A stretch of 64,000 nucleotides of DNA from Phoronis australis (GCA_002633005.1 NMRA01000291.1:485757-549756); one strand, 5' to 3'. Positions 51,010-63,474 are shown, numbered from the stretch's first letter. The notes: generated by a model not told the origin, from the letters alone. Numbers and translations are program-made.

Positions 51010-51404
51010 AGTGCCGTTTACACTTCAAAAGTTGACACGGACCAGTTGACACGGAACGAGTTGTTCCAGTGTGTAAACGGGACTGACACGGAGCAAATTG
51101 ACACAGCGGTGACAAATTTTGCCACCCGTTTGTGAGGTAGAGCAATTTGCGCCCAAACATCTTGCACTGTGTCAGTTATATGTCTAAACGCGAAACTGGG
51201 GCAAGGCGGAAAGGATCATCTCCACTGCGCTTGCCTAATGACCTACACACGGGGTCTTTGTCTCTGCAACTAATGTCATTTGTAAACCTGCACATGTGCG
51301 ATCCAGTCTCTCCAGCGAGTTGTGTGTGTAAACGGCTGCTTGACACGGGTCAATTTGCTCCGTGTCAGTTGCGCTGGGCCAAAAGTTGATGTCTAAACAG
51401 GACT
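51010..51404. mobile_element. Harbinger/Tourist-like MITE
   Basis: TAA|AGTGCCGTTTACAC ... GTCTAAACAGGACT|TAA; internal TGACACGG repeats. Confidence 0.75.
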
Positions 51405-52307
51405 TAAATTAGGGTTGGCACATAGAATACATGAACTCCTTCAGCGTTTTGGTTCATTTTTTTTAATTGAAACAGTGACCCCATTGAGCAACTGGGTGTA
51501 GTTGATGTGTGAGTAGATCTTCTGAGTGTGGACAGTCCTATGGTGTGATCTTTGAGTAAAGGGGGCACTGTTGAATCACACTTCCCAGGTATACCCTGTG
51601 TATTGGAGTCCCCCTCTAGGGTTAACACAGACTATCATGGTGGAATCTCTAGGTAAAAGTGATCTTGAGTGACACATCATGTTCAATATTTGTCAGCAGT
51701 CCTGAATGGGAATAAACACATTCCACTTTAGTAGGATCTCTGAGTAAACACTTCACAATTGTCCCACCACAATACTCTAGTGTGTAGCAGAGCTTTGGAG
51801 GTGGAGACTAAGTCTTAGGTTGTAGTGCACAGTGCTTCGGTTGACATTTGTTGGAATGAAAAATAACGTAGAAAATATATCTGAAACTAAATAAGGCGAT
51901 CCAGATCCTCCCAAGGATACTATTGTTTCGTGAATCGGTAAATAAAACAACAAGAATGGATCAACTGAAATTTTCGGAGGTAACAACAATATTATTTACC
52001 TTATAACTTGTAAAAAATGTTCTATCCAATACGTAGGACAAACTCAACATAATCTACAAACTCGGTTTCGTAATCATAGATTTAACATAATACATAAAAA
52101 CATTTCTGATACTGTAGGTAATCATTTCAATTCCAAAAACCATAATATTCAAGATCTTTCTGTACAAATAATAGAAAAACTCCAACACCCCAGTACCCCT
52201 CACAGACTTAAAAGAGAACAATATTGGATAGACAAACTGAATACAATAGAACCTCATGGATTGAACATAAAAACTTAAAATATGTCATTGAATTTTTTAC
52301 GCAAAAA

Positions 52308-53200
52308 NNNNNNNNNNNNNNNNNNNNNNNNNNNNNNNNNNNNNNNNNNNNNNNNNNNNNNNNNNNNNNNNNNNNNNNNNNNNNNNNNNNNNNNNNNNNN
52401 NNNNNNNNNNNNNNNNNNNNNNNNNNNNNNNNNNNNNNNNNNNNNNNNNNNNNNNNNNNNNNNNNNNNNNNNNNNNNNNNNNNNNNNNNNNNNNNNNNNN
52501 NNNNNNNNNNNNNNNNNNNNNNNNNNNNNNNNNNNNNNNNNNNNNNNNNNNNNNNNNNNNNNNNNNNNNNNNNNNNNNNNNNNNNNNNNNNNNNNNNNNN
52601 NNNNNNNNNNNNNNNNNNNNNNNNNNNNNNNNNNNNNNNNNNNNNNNNNNNNNNNNNNNNNNNNNNNNNNNNNNNNNNNNNNNNNNNNNNNNNNNNNNNN
52701 NNNNNNNNNNNNNNNNNNNNNNNNNNNNNNNNNNNNNNNNNNNNNNNNNNNNNNNNNNNNNNNNNNNNNNNNNNNNNNNNNNNNNNNNNNNNNNNNNNNN
52801 NNNNNNNNNNNNNNNNNNNNNNNNNNNNNNNNNNNNNNNNNNNNNNNNNNNNNNNNNNNNNNNNNNNNNNNNNNNNNNNNNNNNNNNNNNNNNNNNNNNN
52901 NNNNNNNNNNNNNNNNNNNNNNNNNNNNNNNNNNNNNNNNNNNNNNNNNNNNNNNNNNNNNNNNNNNNNNNNNNNNNNNNNNNNNNNNNNNNNNNNNNNN
53001 NNNNNNNNNNNNNNNNNNNNNNNNNNNNNNNNNNNNNNNNNNNNNNNNNNNNNNNNNNNNNNNNNNNNNNNNNNNNNNNNNNNNNNNNNNNNNNNNNNNN
53101 NNNNNNNNNNNNNNNNNNNNNNNNNNNNNNNNNNNNNNNNNNNNNNNNNNNNNNNNNNNNNNNNNNNNNNNNNNNNNNNNNNNNNNNNNNNNNNNNNNNN
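52308..53200. other. Assembly gap (893 N) in AGTRAP intron 2
   Basis: Run of N. Confidence 1.
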
Positions 53201-54297
53201 ATTTCTGCCCAATTTTAAAACTACAATTGTAATCCCTTTAGTGACATTTTCAACATTATAAGACTAGCGGTAAGCAACGATTTTATTGGCACTTGGTACT
53301 GATCACCACCACAATTCAGTAATGCCATTAGCTTTTTTTCCAAACATTCTATCCAAAATTATTCTTGCAAACCAGTTTTCAAATGCATGAAAATTTTAAT
53401 TGTTCTAAAACCATTACGCACCCATTCGGAGGAAGAGTGACAATGGTACATTTCATTTCCTGATTCATCAAAACTTGTCACTGCTAGAAGTCAGTTTTGA
53501 TATCACTGAAAGAGTTCACAAAAGACTCCAACTTCTAAGTTCAATATTCAAAAAAATGAGTGAAGATATGGTACAACCAACAGAACAAATTCTACTTGTC
53601 TCCTGAGAATGTGAGTACAAATTTTATGATTTTAGGGTAATAAATAACAATGGTAGGATGGTCTAATGAGGGATCACTTTAGCCAACTAAAGCAAAAGCA
53701 CTCGGACAGAATATGGCAGACTTGAAAGGAATTATAGTTCTTCTAAATCAATTATGGAAAGCAGGTTTACAGGCACTTTAAACAGCACCAAATAACGACC
53801 TCTAGTTTAAGGTTCTATGCCAAGGTTACCATCAGACAGTGTTTAAACACGTAGGTTTTTGAAGAATGAGGAAACAAAATCAATTTGTGGCATTTGCTTT
53901 CTTAGAAATTAATGAGATTTTACTAGTGCCTTTTCTAAACAAATTTCACTTTAAACAACTTGAAATTAAATTAAAGTTTCCAATTACTAAGTAGTTTGTT
54001 CAAAGGTTATGCAGGACCTTAGAAAAATGCTCAAATTAAGCTAACTTAGGAACAACATATCTCACAAATGGCTGACGTGATTTGTATTATGAAACATTCC
54101 CATACCATGCTTTATGCACTATTCTCCAAAACCCAGTCAGGAATTGTTCTGTACTAAGGGGTTAGTGTTAGAGGCAAATTTTTGTAAACATTGGATACTG
54201 TGTATGAGAACTATACAAAAATTCTCAGTCAAGTTTTATTTTCTATTTTCAAATCATCTTCTAAAGATGGCTAACCTATGAGATTACCAAAATGTCA

Positions 54298-54390
54298 CAG
54301 TGTACACTAAGGCAAAACATTGCCAGTGTACACTAAGGCGAAACATTAATTGCCAGTGGACACTAAGGCAAAACATTGCCAGTGGACACC
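54298..54390. repeat. About 26-30-bp tandem repeat, about 3.5 copies
   Basis: CAGTG(T/G)ACACTAAGGC(A/G)AAACATTGC repeated. Confidence 0.9.
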
Positions 54391-54866
54391 AGACCAAAGG
54401 CCACAGGTGATGATCGAGCTTGTACGGGAAAGTTCAACTGATTTGCTTTTTGATTGATAGAATGAAGTAGGAACAGCCTTTATTGAAACAATTACCAATG
54501 AATAATTGGTCCACTAAAAACATGCTTCCAGAACTGTAACAATTTCCATAAGTACCATGCAAATTATATGTCACCGGACCAAAAATGAGGTGACCTTAAG
54601 GCTTAAGAAGACTACATGGCTATTGTCAACCCATGATTTTAAACAAGTGGAGAAATAAACTGTAGTGACTATAGAATTTAATTCAACTTAATTGCAAGAG
54701 TAAAAGATAAGAACATCTTAAAAACCAAAAACAATTACAGGCAAGTCTGCCCTTACTAATTAGACCCAAATCATGGGCTATCAATCATGTGAATCAAGGC
54801 CATGTGACATTGCAATAAAAATTCATGGAAGAAGTTCAACTTGTATTGAAAACGTTAATAACTTAC

Positions 54867-54901
54867 CATGATGTAAGAACAAAGTGGACTGATACCACAA
54901 C
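54867..54901 (-). CDS. AGTRAP: AGTRAP coding exon 2 (VVVSVHFVLTSW)
   Basis: tttttcag acceptor, gtaagt donor, 35 nt; matches AGTRAP VILLGHWLLTTW. Confidence 0.9.
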
Positions 54902-55156
54902 CTGAAAAATAAGAAGTTGCTTTCACTTATAAGAACATTGCTCAATGCTTCACAGATTCTTGATAAATTATAGTCTGTGGTTGCACTTGAATTTAGGCCT
55001 CATACATTACTGCACTTTCTCGAGACATATCTGAGGCCAAGATCACTGAATGAATATCATTCATTATCTCATAACACAATTAGTAAGGGTTTTCAAACAA
55101 CATGAAAAACCAAACAAAACGAAAAAAACAAGGCATATCATTTCATAACAACTTAC

Positions 55157-55186
55157 CTTAAGGGATATGCCTGGAGCATTGACCAT
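55157..55186 (-). CDS. AGTRAP: AGTRAP coding exon 1 (MVNAPGISLK)
   Basis: aaaaATG start and AAG|gtaagt donor; the peptide resembles the human AGTRAP N-terminus (MELPAVNLK); phase joins exon 2. Confidence 0.88.
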
Positions 55187-56087
55187 TTTTGTTGTTTTTA
55201 GTCAACAACAAGAAACAACACTTCCTTGTTTTACGTTCTGCCACTAGGTGTCTCTTTACTGACTAACCACGTGCTAGAATATGTTTAAATTATCATTTAA
55301 CCGCAATAGTTTTGGATTTAAAATCACCTAAGACATAAAAATGTTTGAAAAAATTACTTATCACACAACATCACAATTTTCAGCAGAGCTCTTAGAACTT
55401 CCACGAATATGTTACATCTCGAAATGTGGTAAACAAATTTCCAACATGTCCGCCTCCTTGTGATTCTGAGTGATCAGGTGATTCGTTACTTTCTGGCTTG
55501 TTTATAAAATGTTCTATCCTCTTGTCATATCGTTCTTTGTCTGTCCCACTCTTGTAGCTTACTAACGGATAATGGCATCATAGGTCATAGACAACTAGTT
55601 GGCAACTCCGATATTTTTTTATGAAATTCCCAGCGGAGGCGCCGCTACTACAGTCATAGAATGTTTTGCAATGCAGGTGGCGTTCATCATTTTTAGGTCA
55701 TCTGCCATGTTGGAGGAGAACCATTGCAGTTTGTTAGTGGTATCGTGAAGTAAAGATGCATTTCTTAACTGAATTTTGGACAGAATTTATTCAGTATAGC
55801 CTAGGAACCAGTCTTACTGGTTCCTAGGTATAGCAGTGAATTTTTGTGCAATAGTTGGCTGCTCAAGCAGGGGTGGTAGACAGTGATCATCACTAGCTGG
55901 CCCAGCAGGCAGCAGTACTTTCAGAAGAGACGGTGGCTAGTAGCTTCATACGCTAGAAGCGTGTCGGCGAATTATGCCTCACACTGACTAAAACTTCAAA
56001 GTCACATTGTTATAAATACCTTTTGACGTTTTGTGCGTAGAGCATTAGAGGGACACCTTAGAAGGCCGTTGATGTACTAGTACGCAT

Positions 56088-57766
56088 AGTGTACCTAATT
56101 ATCGGACGGACCCTAAATATCGGACATTACATACAATCTTACTTGAAGCATAATCTGAGAAATGTATAACATAATTTTTTGTTCCGCTGTAATGCATTCA
56201 ATGTCTGGCACTGTCTCGTTTTTTTCTAGCGTTGCCAACTTTTAATTTTACCGAGAGAGGGTGCAGTTTAGACCCCCAAGTCAGCCTAAAATGGACGATC
56301 ACATAAATCGGTTATAAAAGTTGAAAACAAAATCTTTTTCCACAATGAAATCATGTAATTGAACTAACAATATGTCACTGTTTCATTTTTTCATTTGTTT
56401 TTAAACTCAAGTCAAACCCCGGCCGTGCAGGTGCATGTGTCATATCAAGAAGGCAAAGGGATACTAAAAACTTCAATGAGTTTGCACGCGCTTTAGTCGT
56501 CTGCACTGATTCATCGAAACGACTTGGTGCTGTCATCAGACTTCATGTTATGGATAATTTTGTAGCGAATGGAGCTGTGTTTTAGCAGCATATGTCAAAA
56601 CACTTGAGCTGAAATTTGGCTACAAGGTGCCCGCGGCCATTACTTGGTTAGTCAGTTTTCTGCAGTGTGAAGTAAAGGGGAACATGGTGTCCGATATTTA
56701 GGTTCTCCGAAGGTTTGCTAGTTGTGTTTTTTAAAGATCAGTCGGAACATAAATGTGGCTTTCGGTGACAAGATATAGTACGGTAAAGTCGCGTGATTTT
56801 CGGACATTGAAAATTAATTCCAATAGAAAAAATTCATTCTTGGACGAATCTCGCGAAATATCATTTTGTGGTGTCCGAATTTGGCGGACCTCCAAATTTG
56901 GGTTTCCGCTAGTGTCCGAATTTCGTGGGTGTACATTATTTCGATGAGCGGTCGTAGTATCAACAATGCTGGCTCGGTCATTTGATAGCAGTATAATTGC
57001 AGGTAAATGAGACTCAAATGGTCTGAGCGATTAATTTTTGAAAATCTGGCTTTCCCAATAAGAAATGTGCGTCGTCGACGCACAAAGACCGTTCCCAACA
57101 AGTGTTGGTTNTAAAAAAACGTTGTCCTCCCTACCTTCGGAGAACCTAAATATCGGACACCATGTTTCCCCATACGCCACACCGCGGAAACTGACTAACC
57201 ACGTAATGGCCGCGGGCCCCTTGTAGCCAAATTTCAACTCGACTGTTTTGACATGTATGCTGCTAGAACACATGTCCATTCCCAACAAAATTATCCATAA
57301 AATGAAATCTGATGACGGCGCCAAGTCGTTTCGATGAATTAGTGCAGACGACTAAAGCACGTGCAAACTCACTGCAGTTTTTAGTATCTCTTTGGATTCT
57401 TGATATGACACCCGCACGTGCACGGTCGGGGTTTGACTTGAGTTTAAAAACTAATGAAAAAATGGAACAGTGACATATTGTCAGTTCAACGAGATGGTTT
57501 CATTGTGGAAAAAGATTTTATTTTCTGATTCAACTTTTATAACCGATATATGCGATCGTCCATTTTAGGCCGACTTGGGGGTCTAAATTGCACCCTCTCT
57601 TGGTGAAATCAAAACGAGGCAACGCTGTAAAAAACGAGACGGTGCCGGACATTGAATGCATTACAACGGAACAAAAATTGGTGTCATTTAGTTCTCAGAT
57701 TATGCTTCAAGTAAGATTTTATGAAATGTCCGATATTTAGGTTCCGTCCGATAATTAGGTACACTA
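56088..57766. mobile_element. Non-autonomous element with about 620-bp imperfect TIRs and TAG..CTA ends (Academ-like, tentative)
   Basis: TAGTGTACCTAATTATCGGACGG ... CCGTCCGATAATTAGGTACACTA; 56088-56712 is the inverse of 57133-57766; no clear TSD. Confidence 0.7.
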
Positions 57767-57769
57767 TGT

Positions 57770-58878
57770 GTAGAATGTTTTGCAATGCAGGTGGCGTTCA
57801 TCATTTTTATTAGGACTAGGTCATTTGCCATGTTGGAGGAGAACCATTGCAGTTTGTTACTGGTATCGTGAAGCAAAGACGCATTTCTTAGCTGAATTTT
57901 GGACAAAATTTATTCAGTATAGCCTAGGTATAGCAGTGAATTTTTGTGCAATAGTTCAGTTGGCTGCTCAAGCAGGGGTGGTAGACAGTGATGATCACTA
58001 GCTGGCCCAGCAGTACTTTCAGAAGAGACGGTGGCTAGTAGCTTCATGCACTATAGGCTTGTCGGCGAATTATGCCTCACACTGACTAAAACATCGAAGT
58101 CACATTGTTACAAATACTTTTTGTGCATAGAGCATTAGAGGGACACCTTAGAAGGCCGTTGATGTACTAGTACACATATAGTATACTACCTACGTAATTA
58201 TCGGACGGACCCTAAATATCGGACATTACATAAAATCTTAGTAACTTGAAGCATAATCTGAGAAATATATATCATAAATTTTTGTTCCGCTGTAATGCAT
58301 TCAATGTCCGGCACTGTCTCATTTTTTGTGGCGTTGCCTCGTTTTAATTTTACCGAGAGAGGGTGCAATTTAGACCCTCAAGTCAGCCTAAAATGGACGA
58401 TCGCATAAATCGGTGATAAAAGTTGAAAACAAAATCTTTTTCCACGATGAAATCATCTAATTGAACTAACAATATGTCACTGTTTCATTTTTTCATTTGT
58501 TTTTAAACTCAAGTCAAACCCCGGCCACGCACTTGCGTGTGTCATATCAAGAAGGCAAAGAGATACTAAAAACTTCAATGAGTTTGCACGCGCTTTAGTC
58601 GTCTGCACTGATTCATTGAAATGACTTGGTGCTGTCATCAGACTTCATGTTATGGATAATTGTGTTGCGAATGGAGCTGTGTTTTAGCAGCATATGTCAA
58701 AACACTCGAGCTGAAATTTGGCTACAAGGTGCCCGCGGCCATTACTTGGTTAGTCAGTTTTCTGCAGTGTGACGTAAAGGGGAACATGGTGTCCGATATT
58801 TAGGTTCTCCAAAGGTTTGCTAGTTGTGTTTTTTAAAGATCAGTCGGAACATAAATGTGGCTTTCGGTGACAAGATAT
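57770..58878. repeat. Direct about 1.1-kb copy of 55657-56777
   Basis: TAGAATGTTTTGCAATGCAGG ... GGTGACAAGATAT is present twice with scattered differences. Confidence 0.93.
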
Positions 58879-59002
58879 TGTAACACAACAATTCTATAAA
58901 GGTAAGCCTTTATTTCAGCAAAGAATTTACAACAATCCGTAGTATTTTCAATTAAATTTAATGCAAAATGTGCCAAAACGTCCAATAATTAGGTCACTTG
59001 AC

Positions 59003-59256
59003 TGTATTTAATTCCTTCCAACTCGAAAAAGTACTCCTGTTATCAAACTTTTTCTTGAAGCAGTCCGTAGTTTAGTTCCCAAAATCGGTAACTCGCCATT
59101 TTAACACTACGCGCAGCAGGTGGTATCACGTCATATCCCCTGTCGTGCACAGTGTAAAAATGACGAGTTAACGATTTTGGGAACTGAACGAGGGACTGCT
59201 CGAAGAAAAAGTTTGATAATGGGAGTATTGCTTCAAGTTGAAAGGAATGAAATGCA
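59003..59256. mobile_element. Fold-back MITE (about 120-bp imperfect arms)
   Basis: ATTCCTTCCAACT...TTATCAAACTTTTTCTT...GTTCCCAAAATCG mirrored around the central TATCACGTCATA. Confidence 0.85.
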
Positions 59257-59417
59257 TCATACTAAGGTGTCCCTCTATGCGCAAAAGGTATTTATAACAA
59301 CATAACTTTGATGTTTTAGTCATTGTGAGACATAATTCACTGAAAAGCTTCTGGTGTATGAAGCTCCTATAGCAGCTCCGCCGTCTCTACTGGGCCAGCT
59401 AAAGATGGTGATCACTG

Positions 59418-59637
59418 CAAAGGCGGATCTACAGGGGGGTTAACCCGGGACAGGATCAAAAATAAAAATTAAAAAAAACTGTTGCCAGGAAAACGAAATC
59501 AGCTACAAAAAAAATCTTCCAGGGGATGGGAGAAACTTCCTCCCGACCTCCCTCACTCAGCGGAGTCAGCGCTATATGCGCCTCGGATTTGCGCGAATCC
59601 TAAACCCCCCCTTACTGAAAACATAGATCTGCCACTG
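59418..59637. mobile_element. GGCGGATCT-type MITE, 5-bp TSD CACTG
   Basis: CAAAGGCGGATCTA ... TAGATCTGCCACTG; the empty site GATCACTGTC is visible in the paralogous segment at about 55878 (minus strand). Confidence 0.88.
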
Positions 59638-59928
59638 CACTGTCTTGGGCTGTTCAAGCTAACAAAGCTGCTCATTCACTCAATCAACAGCAGAGCTCTG
59701 TTGCCTTGAATCTGTGGTAGTTTGCTGAGTTCGAGTGTACTTGCTGTTTGTTCAGTTAGTTTAGTGTTTAACACTGTTGAATGTACTAGTTGGTTTATTG
59801 TCTTGCTAATGCTTTTGGGATTAGAACGAAACTTTGAACATGAAAATCTATATAGTTACGCTGATTTTTAAATTTCCATTTACTCTTTACTTCTTTTTCA
59901 TCTAGGATAGCCTACGGAAGTAATCACC

Positions 59929-60004
59929 ATGTTCAATACAACAAAATGTGTGCAGCTCTTTAGGGCGGGCTTTCCTGCGAACAGGTTGAGAGCTATCGCA
60001 TCTA
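59929..60004 (+). CDS. AURKAIP1: AURKAIP1/mS38 coding exon 1, mitochondrial-presequence-like (MFNTTKCVQLFRAGFPANRLRAIAS)
   Basis: caccATG after a tttcatctag acceptor (59905, implying an upstream non-coding exon); gtgagt donor; Arg-rich, acid-free peptide; phase 1 joins the next exon in frame. Confidence 0.8.
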
Positions 60005-60547
60005 GTGAGTAAAAATGTGGGACTGTTTATAAATCATTTATAGTTGCTGGATCCGGATTTGATGGATAAAACAGTAAATATGAAATTTAACCAAGTTTTT
60101 TGCATCAAAGCAAATCGTGATCAGGTACAAACATTCAGTAACTTCAAGGTTTTGTGGGATCTTACCTTCTGGTATTTGCATTTAGCCAAATATCTTCAAA
60201 ACAATAAATTAACTGTGTAAAGTATATGCTTTCTGAAAGCAGGAATCCTGCAGAATTTGATTTGTTGACTTCTTACCAATCTGCTATTTATTGGATAACA
60301 TGACCACATTTTTTGTTAAAATTTATTAAAAAAAGCAAAACATTGTTTATCAGTAATGTGATAAAATTTCATTAATGCTGAATATGAAATCTGAGAAACA
60401 TTGTGACAGTTTTCTAAATAATCCTTTCGTTGTCTTCAAAGACATTTCTGTTCTCCTCAACCGAAGGTTGTGTACTAGTTATTCTCTGCTTTTAACTTTT
60501 ACCGATTTGCCACAATGATTGTTCAGTGAAGTGTTTGTTGTTTTCAG

Positions 60548-61209
60548 TTTCTACTCACACAGGAAGTTCTTGCTGCTCATCAGAACAAACTAAAAGGGAG
60601 TTAATGAACTTTAATTGCTCTGAGCAGTTGAAAAGGGAGGACGCATTGTCCAATGGAATTAGTCACAAATTTAGACAATTAAACTTATCTGGACAATCTC
60701 CCTTAGCTCAGTTTGAACTCCACCTATCATTAATGCAAAGAATATCGAATGAGGATAGGTCAAAAATAGAATTGCCCGTGCGAGGGAAAACACCTATCCT
60801 GGATCAGATTCGAAACAATGAGCTGAGTATTGGAGACCGGTCACCCCACCTGGTGGACATTGTCGAAACTCCAGCTCGCAGTACTCCCATGGATGACTCC
60901 GTTGTCGGAGATACTGGCACCGTGGTGAAGAAGGAGGGTCGAATGATTCAGAAAATTCGTCGGTGGAAAATGAACCGGCATCAACTGAAGAAGCTGCGTA
61001 AGCGCATGCTGTTCCACAACCGTAAGATGAGATTGCGGAAGGAGAAGAAAAAGGAGAAGATACTGCAGGAGCAGTTGGACGGAATACGACGTGAGGCGGA
61101 GGAGTTTGATGCCAGGAAATTTGTTTTAGAAGAGCTGAGCACGGCACGACGTGGAGGCTTCAAGATTGATGTGTGGGCGACATGGCAGACCCAGAAACAG
61201 TCTCAATAG
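60548..61209 (+). CDS. AURKAIP1: AURKAIP1/mS38 (mitoribosomal small-subunit protein, COX24/DUF1713 family) coding exon 2
   Basis: ttttcag acceptor; longest real ORF in the window; KIRRWKMNRHQLKKLRKRMLF matches the mS38 motif KIRRRKMNHHKYRKL. Confidence 0.9.
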
Positions 61210-61668
61210 ATTGTGGTGGGAAAAAAGGAGTACTACCTCACTCTAGATAGTATACAAATGTGACGATCAGTTAGGTATTAATTTGTATCTGCAGACCTCC
61301 GGCTGCCGTAATGGACCTCTGCTGCTAGGGTGGGCCTTCATTTGACTTGATCTCACACCCTCAGTGTACAGACATGTTATTGCTGGTTTTGATGGTAGCG
61401 CTGGTGGTCGGAAGGCATTAGAATGGGTGTTACACCAGCTTGTGTGGGGTAAATGCTGATATTAGATGAACATAAACATCTGTGAAATTTAAGAAGCCTT
61501 AGTTGTCTTACATAGTGGGTAATCACACTGCTTGGAGAATGACAAAACCAATGCTAGTTAGAATCCCTGGTTGCCTGTGGTAATGGAAAATCGACAGAAT
61601 TTACAGAGTAACGGTAAAGGTGTTTAACAGAATTTACAGATTTCAGTAGTTGGTATCATTATTTTAAT

Positions 61669-62836
61669 TTTTATGCGCCCACATATTTATATGTGGACGC
61701 GTTATGCCGTCATCTCCGCCCGTCCGTCCGTCCGGGCGGCATCCGTCCGGCGTCCGCTGCTCTATCTCCAAAACCCTTTGACTTACGTTCATGAAATTTG
61801 GCACATATGTTCCATTCATGAATGGGACGGCATGAGCGAACTTTCTAACAGATCTGACTACCAGTGTGCCCCCTAGTGGCAGTTTTAGTTTTTTATGCTT
61901 ACCTTTGTATCTTCAAAAGTCCTGAACGGATTTTCATGAAATTCGGTATGTAGGCACCTATTAGTGAGATGACGCTATCCTCCTGTTTTCGGATGGATTC
62001 GACGTAGTTTGCGCTACCTAGTGGCCATTTTTACTGTTTTCGAGTCTATTTTTTGCGTCAACCCCTCTATCAACCAAACCGCTCAAAGGATGATTGTGAA
62101 AATTGGCATGTATGTGCTTACTATAAAGAGGACGGTTGACGATGATTTTCCGACGATTTTGACTACTGTGGCGCCTCCTAGTGGCAGTTTTGTTTTTGTT
62201 GGTCCTATGGCTGTATCTCCTAAACCGTTCGCAGGATCTTTACTTAATTTACCAAGTGTATTTATATAATGTTGACCACGAATGACGATGACTTTTGGAC
62301 AGATCTGACTACTGCTGTGCCCCCTGGTGACAATTTTAATTTTTTTTACGTTTAACTCAGTATCTTCAAAGGTCCTCAACAGATTTTCATAAAATTTTAA
62401 ATATACGCATCTTCCTGTTTTTGGATGGAATCGAGGTATTTTGCACCACCTAGTGGCCATTTTTTGCTGTTTTCAAATCTTGTTTTTGGTGTCCACCCCT
62501 GTATCAACCAAATCATTTGAAAATTGGCATATATGTTCTAAGTGTGAGGATGACCTTTGATGATGGTGACTGACTACTGTGGCGCCTCCTAGAGGTAGTT
62601 TTGTTTTGCGCCCATAGTTGTATCTCCTAAACCCACTGCAGGATCTTTACTAAATTTAGTAAGTGTAATTATATGAAGATAACAACAGACGACGACGACT
62701 TTCAGGCGGATCCAACGGACACTGTGCCCACTAGTGGCAATTTCATTTTATTTTGTTTTCCTTTGTTTCTCTGAAGTTCCTTGACAGATTTGTATGCATT
62801 CGTGGGCACATTTCAATGCTCCGCGTTGCTCTTGTT
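61669..62836 (-). mobile_element. Helentron-associated element (HINE), same family as 45370-46914, opposite orientation
   Basis: Same termini reversed (TTATGCGCCCACAT.. and ..GCGTTGCTCTTGTT), (CCGT)n microsatellite, internal about 140-bp monomers. Confidence 0.82.
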
Positions 62837-63474
62837 TTGTTTTGCATCATCGATGTAGAATAATCCATCAAGTTTGACAATTCTGGCTACAAATCAGTCA
62901 CGCAGTCGTTAATTCTGGATGAAAGTGACACTGTACTTTTCTGGTTTAAAAAACAAACATGGTGTGTAGCAAGTTGTCAGTGAAACGGAAATTATGCAAA
63001 TAAGATTTTATCCTGGATAGAACAGTATCTAGTACTCAATTGTGGACATTTCCTACTTGTGCTGTGCCCCCAAGGGACGATTATGTAAGGATAGGCGTTC
63101 AATTTAAATATCTACGGCTCTATCTGCCAGACCCATCGAAGAATAATGGAGTTTCTATTATTAATAATTAATTACATTGAACATGACTGTCATAGATTAT
63201 TGGGTGGATGTGACTGCAGCTGTGTACTCTAGTGGTAATTTCGGTTTTCTTTTCGGCAATCTCAATATGTATTGAGAATGCATTTGCCAATTTTCGAATA
63301 ACTAGTACTCCATTTGTAGACTCTCTCTCTCAGTTGTAGTGTTGCTCCCTCTAGTGTGAGGAAGTATTTGAAAAACAGCATTTTTTATATCTGCCATATT
63401 TTATACACAGGCTGGGCACATATCAATAGGTCATGTTGCCCTTGTTCCCTTTTGGTGTCAAAGTTGGTCGGAAG

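Noticed and set aside
52208-53261. Three ORFs of more than 300 aa in the ORF track
   Set aside because: Artefacts of translating through the N gap.
55400-55450. GGCGGACATG as an upstream AGTRAP start
   Set aside because: The frame closes after 11 codons; the homologous N-terminus begins at 55186.
60526-60547. GTG start given by the ORF track for the 227-aa ORF
   Set aside because: It lies in the intron upstream of the ttttcag acceptor; the better start is the ATG at 59929 in the upstream exon.
60794-61163. Minus-strand ORFs of 117 and 60 aa
   Set aside because: Antisense shadows of the AURKAIP1 exon.
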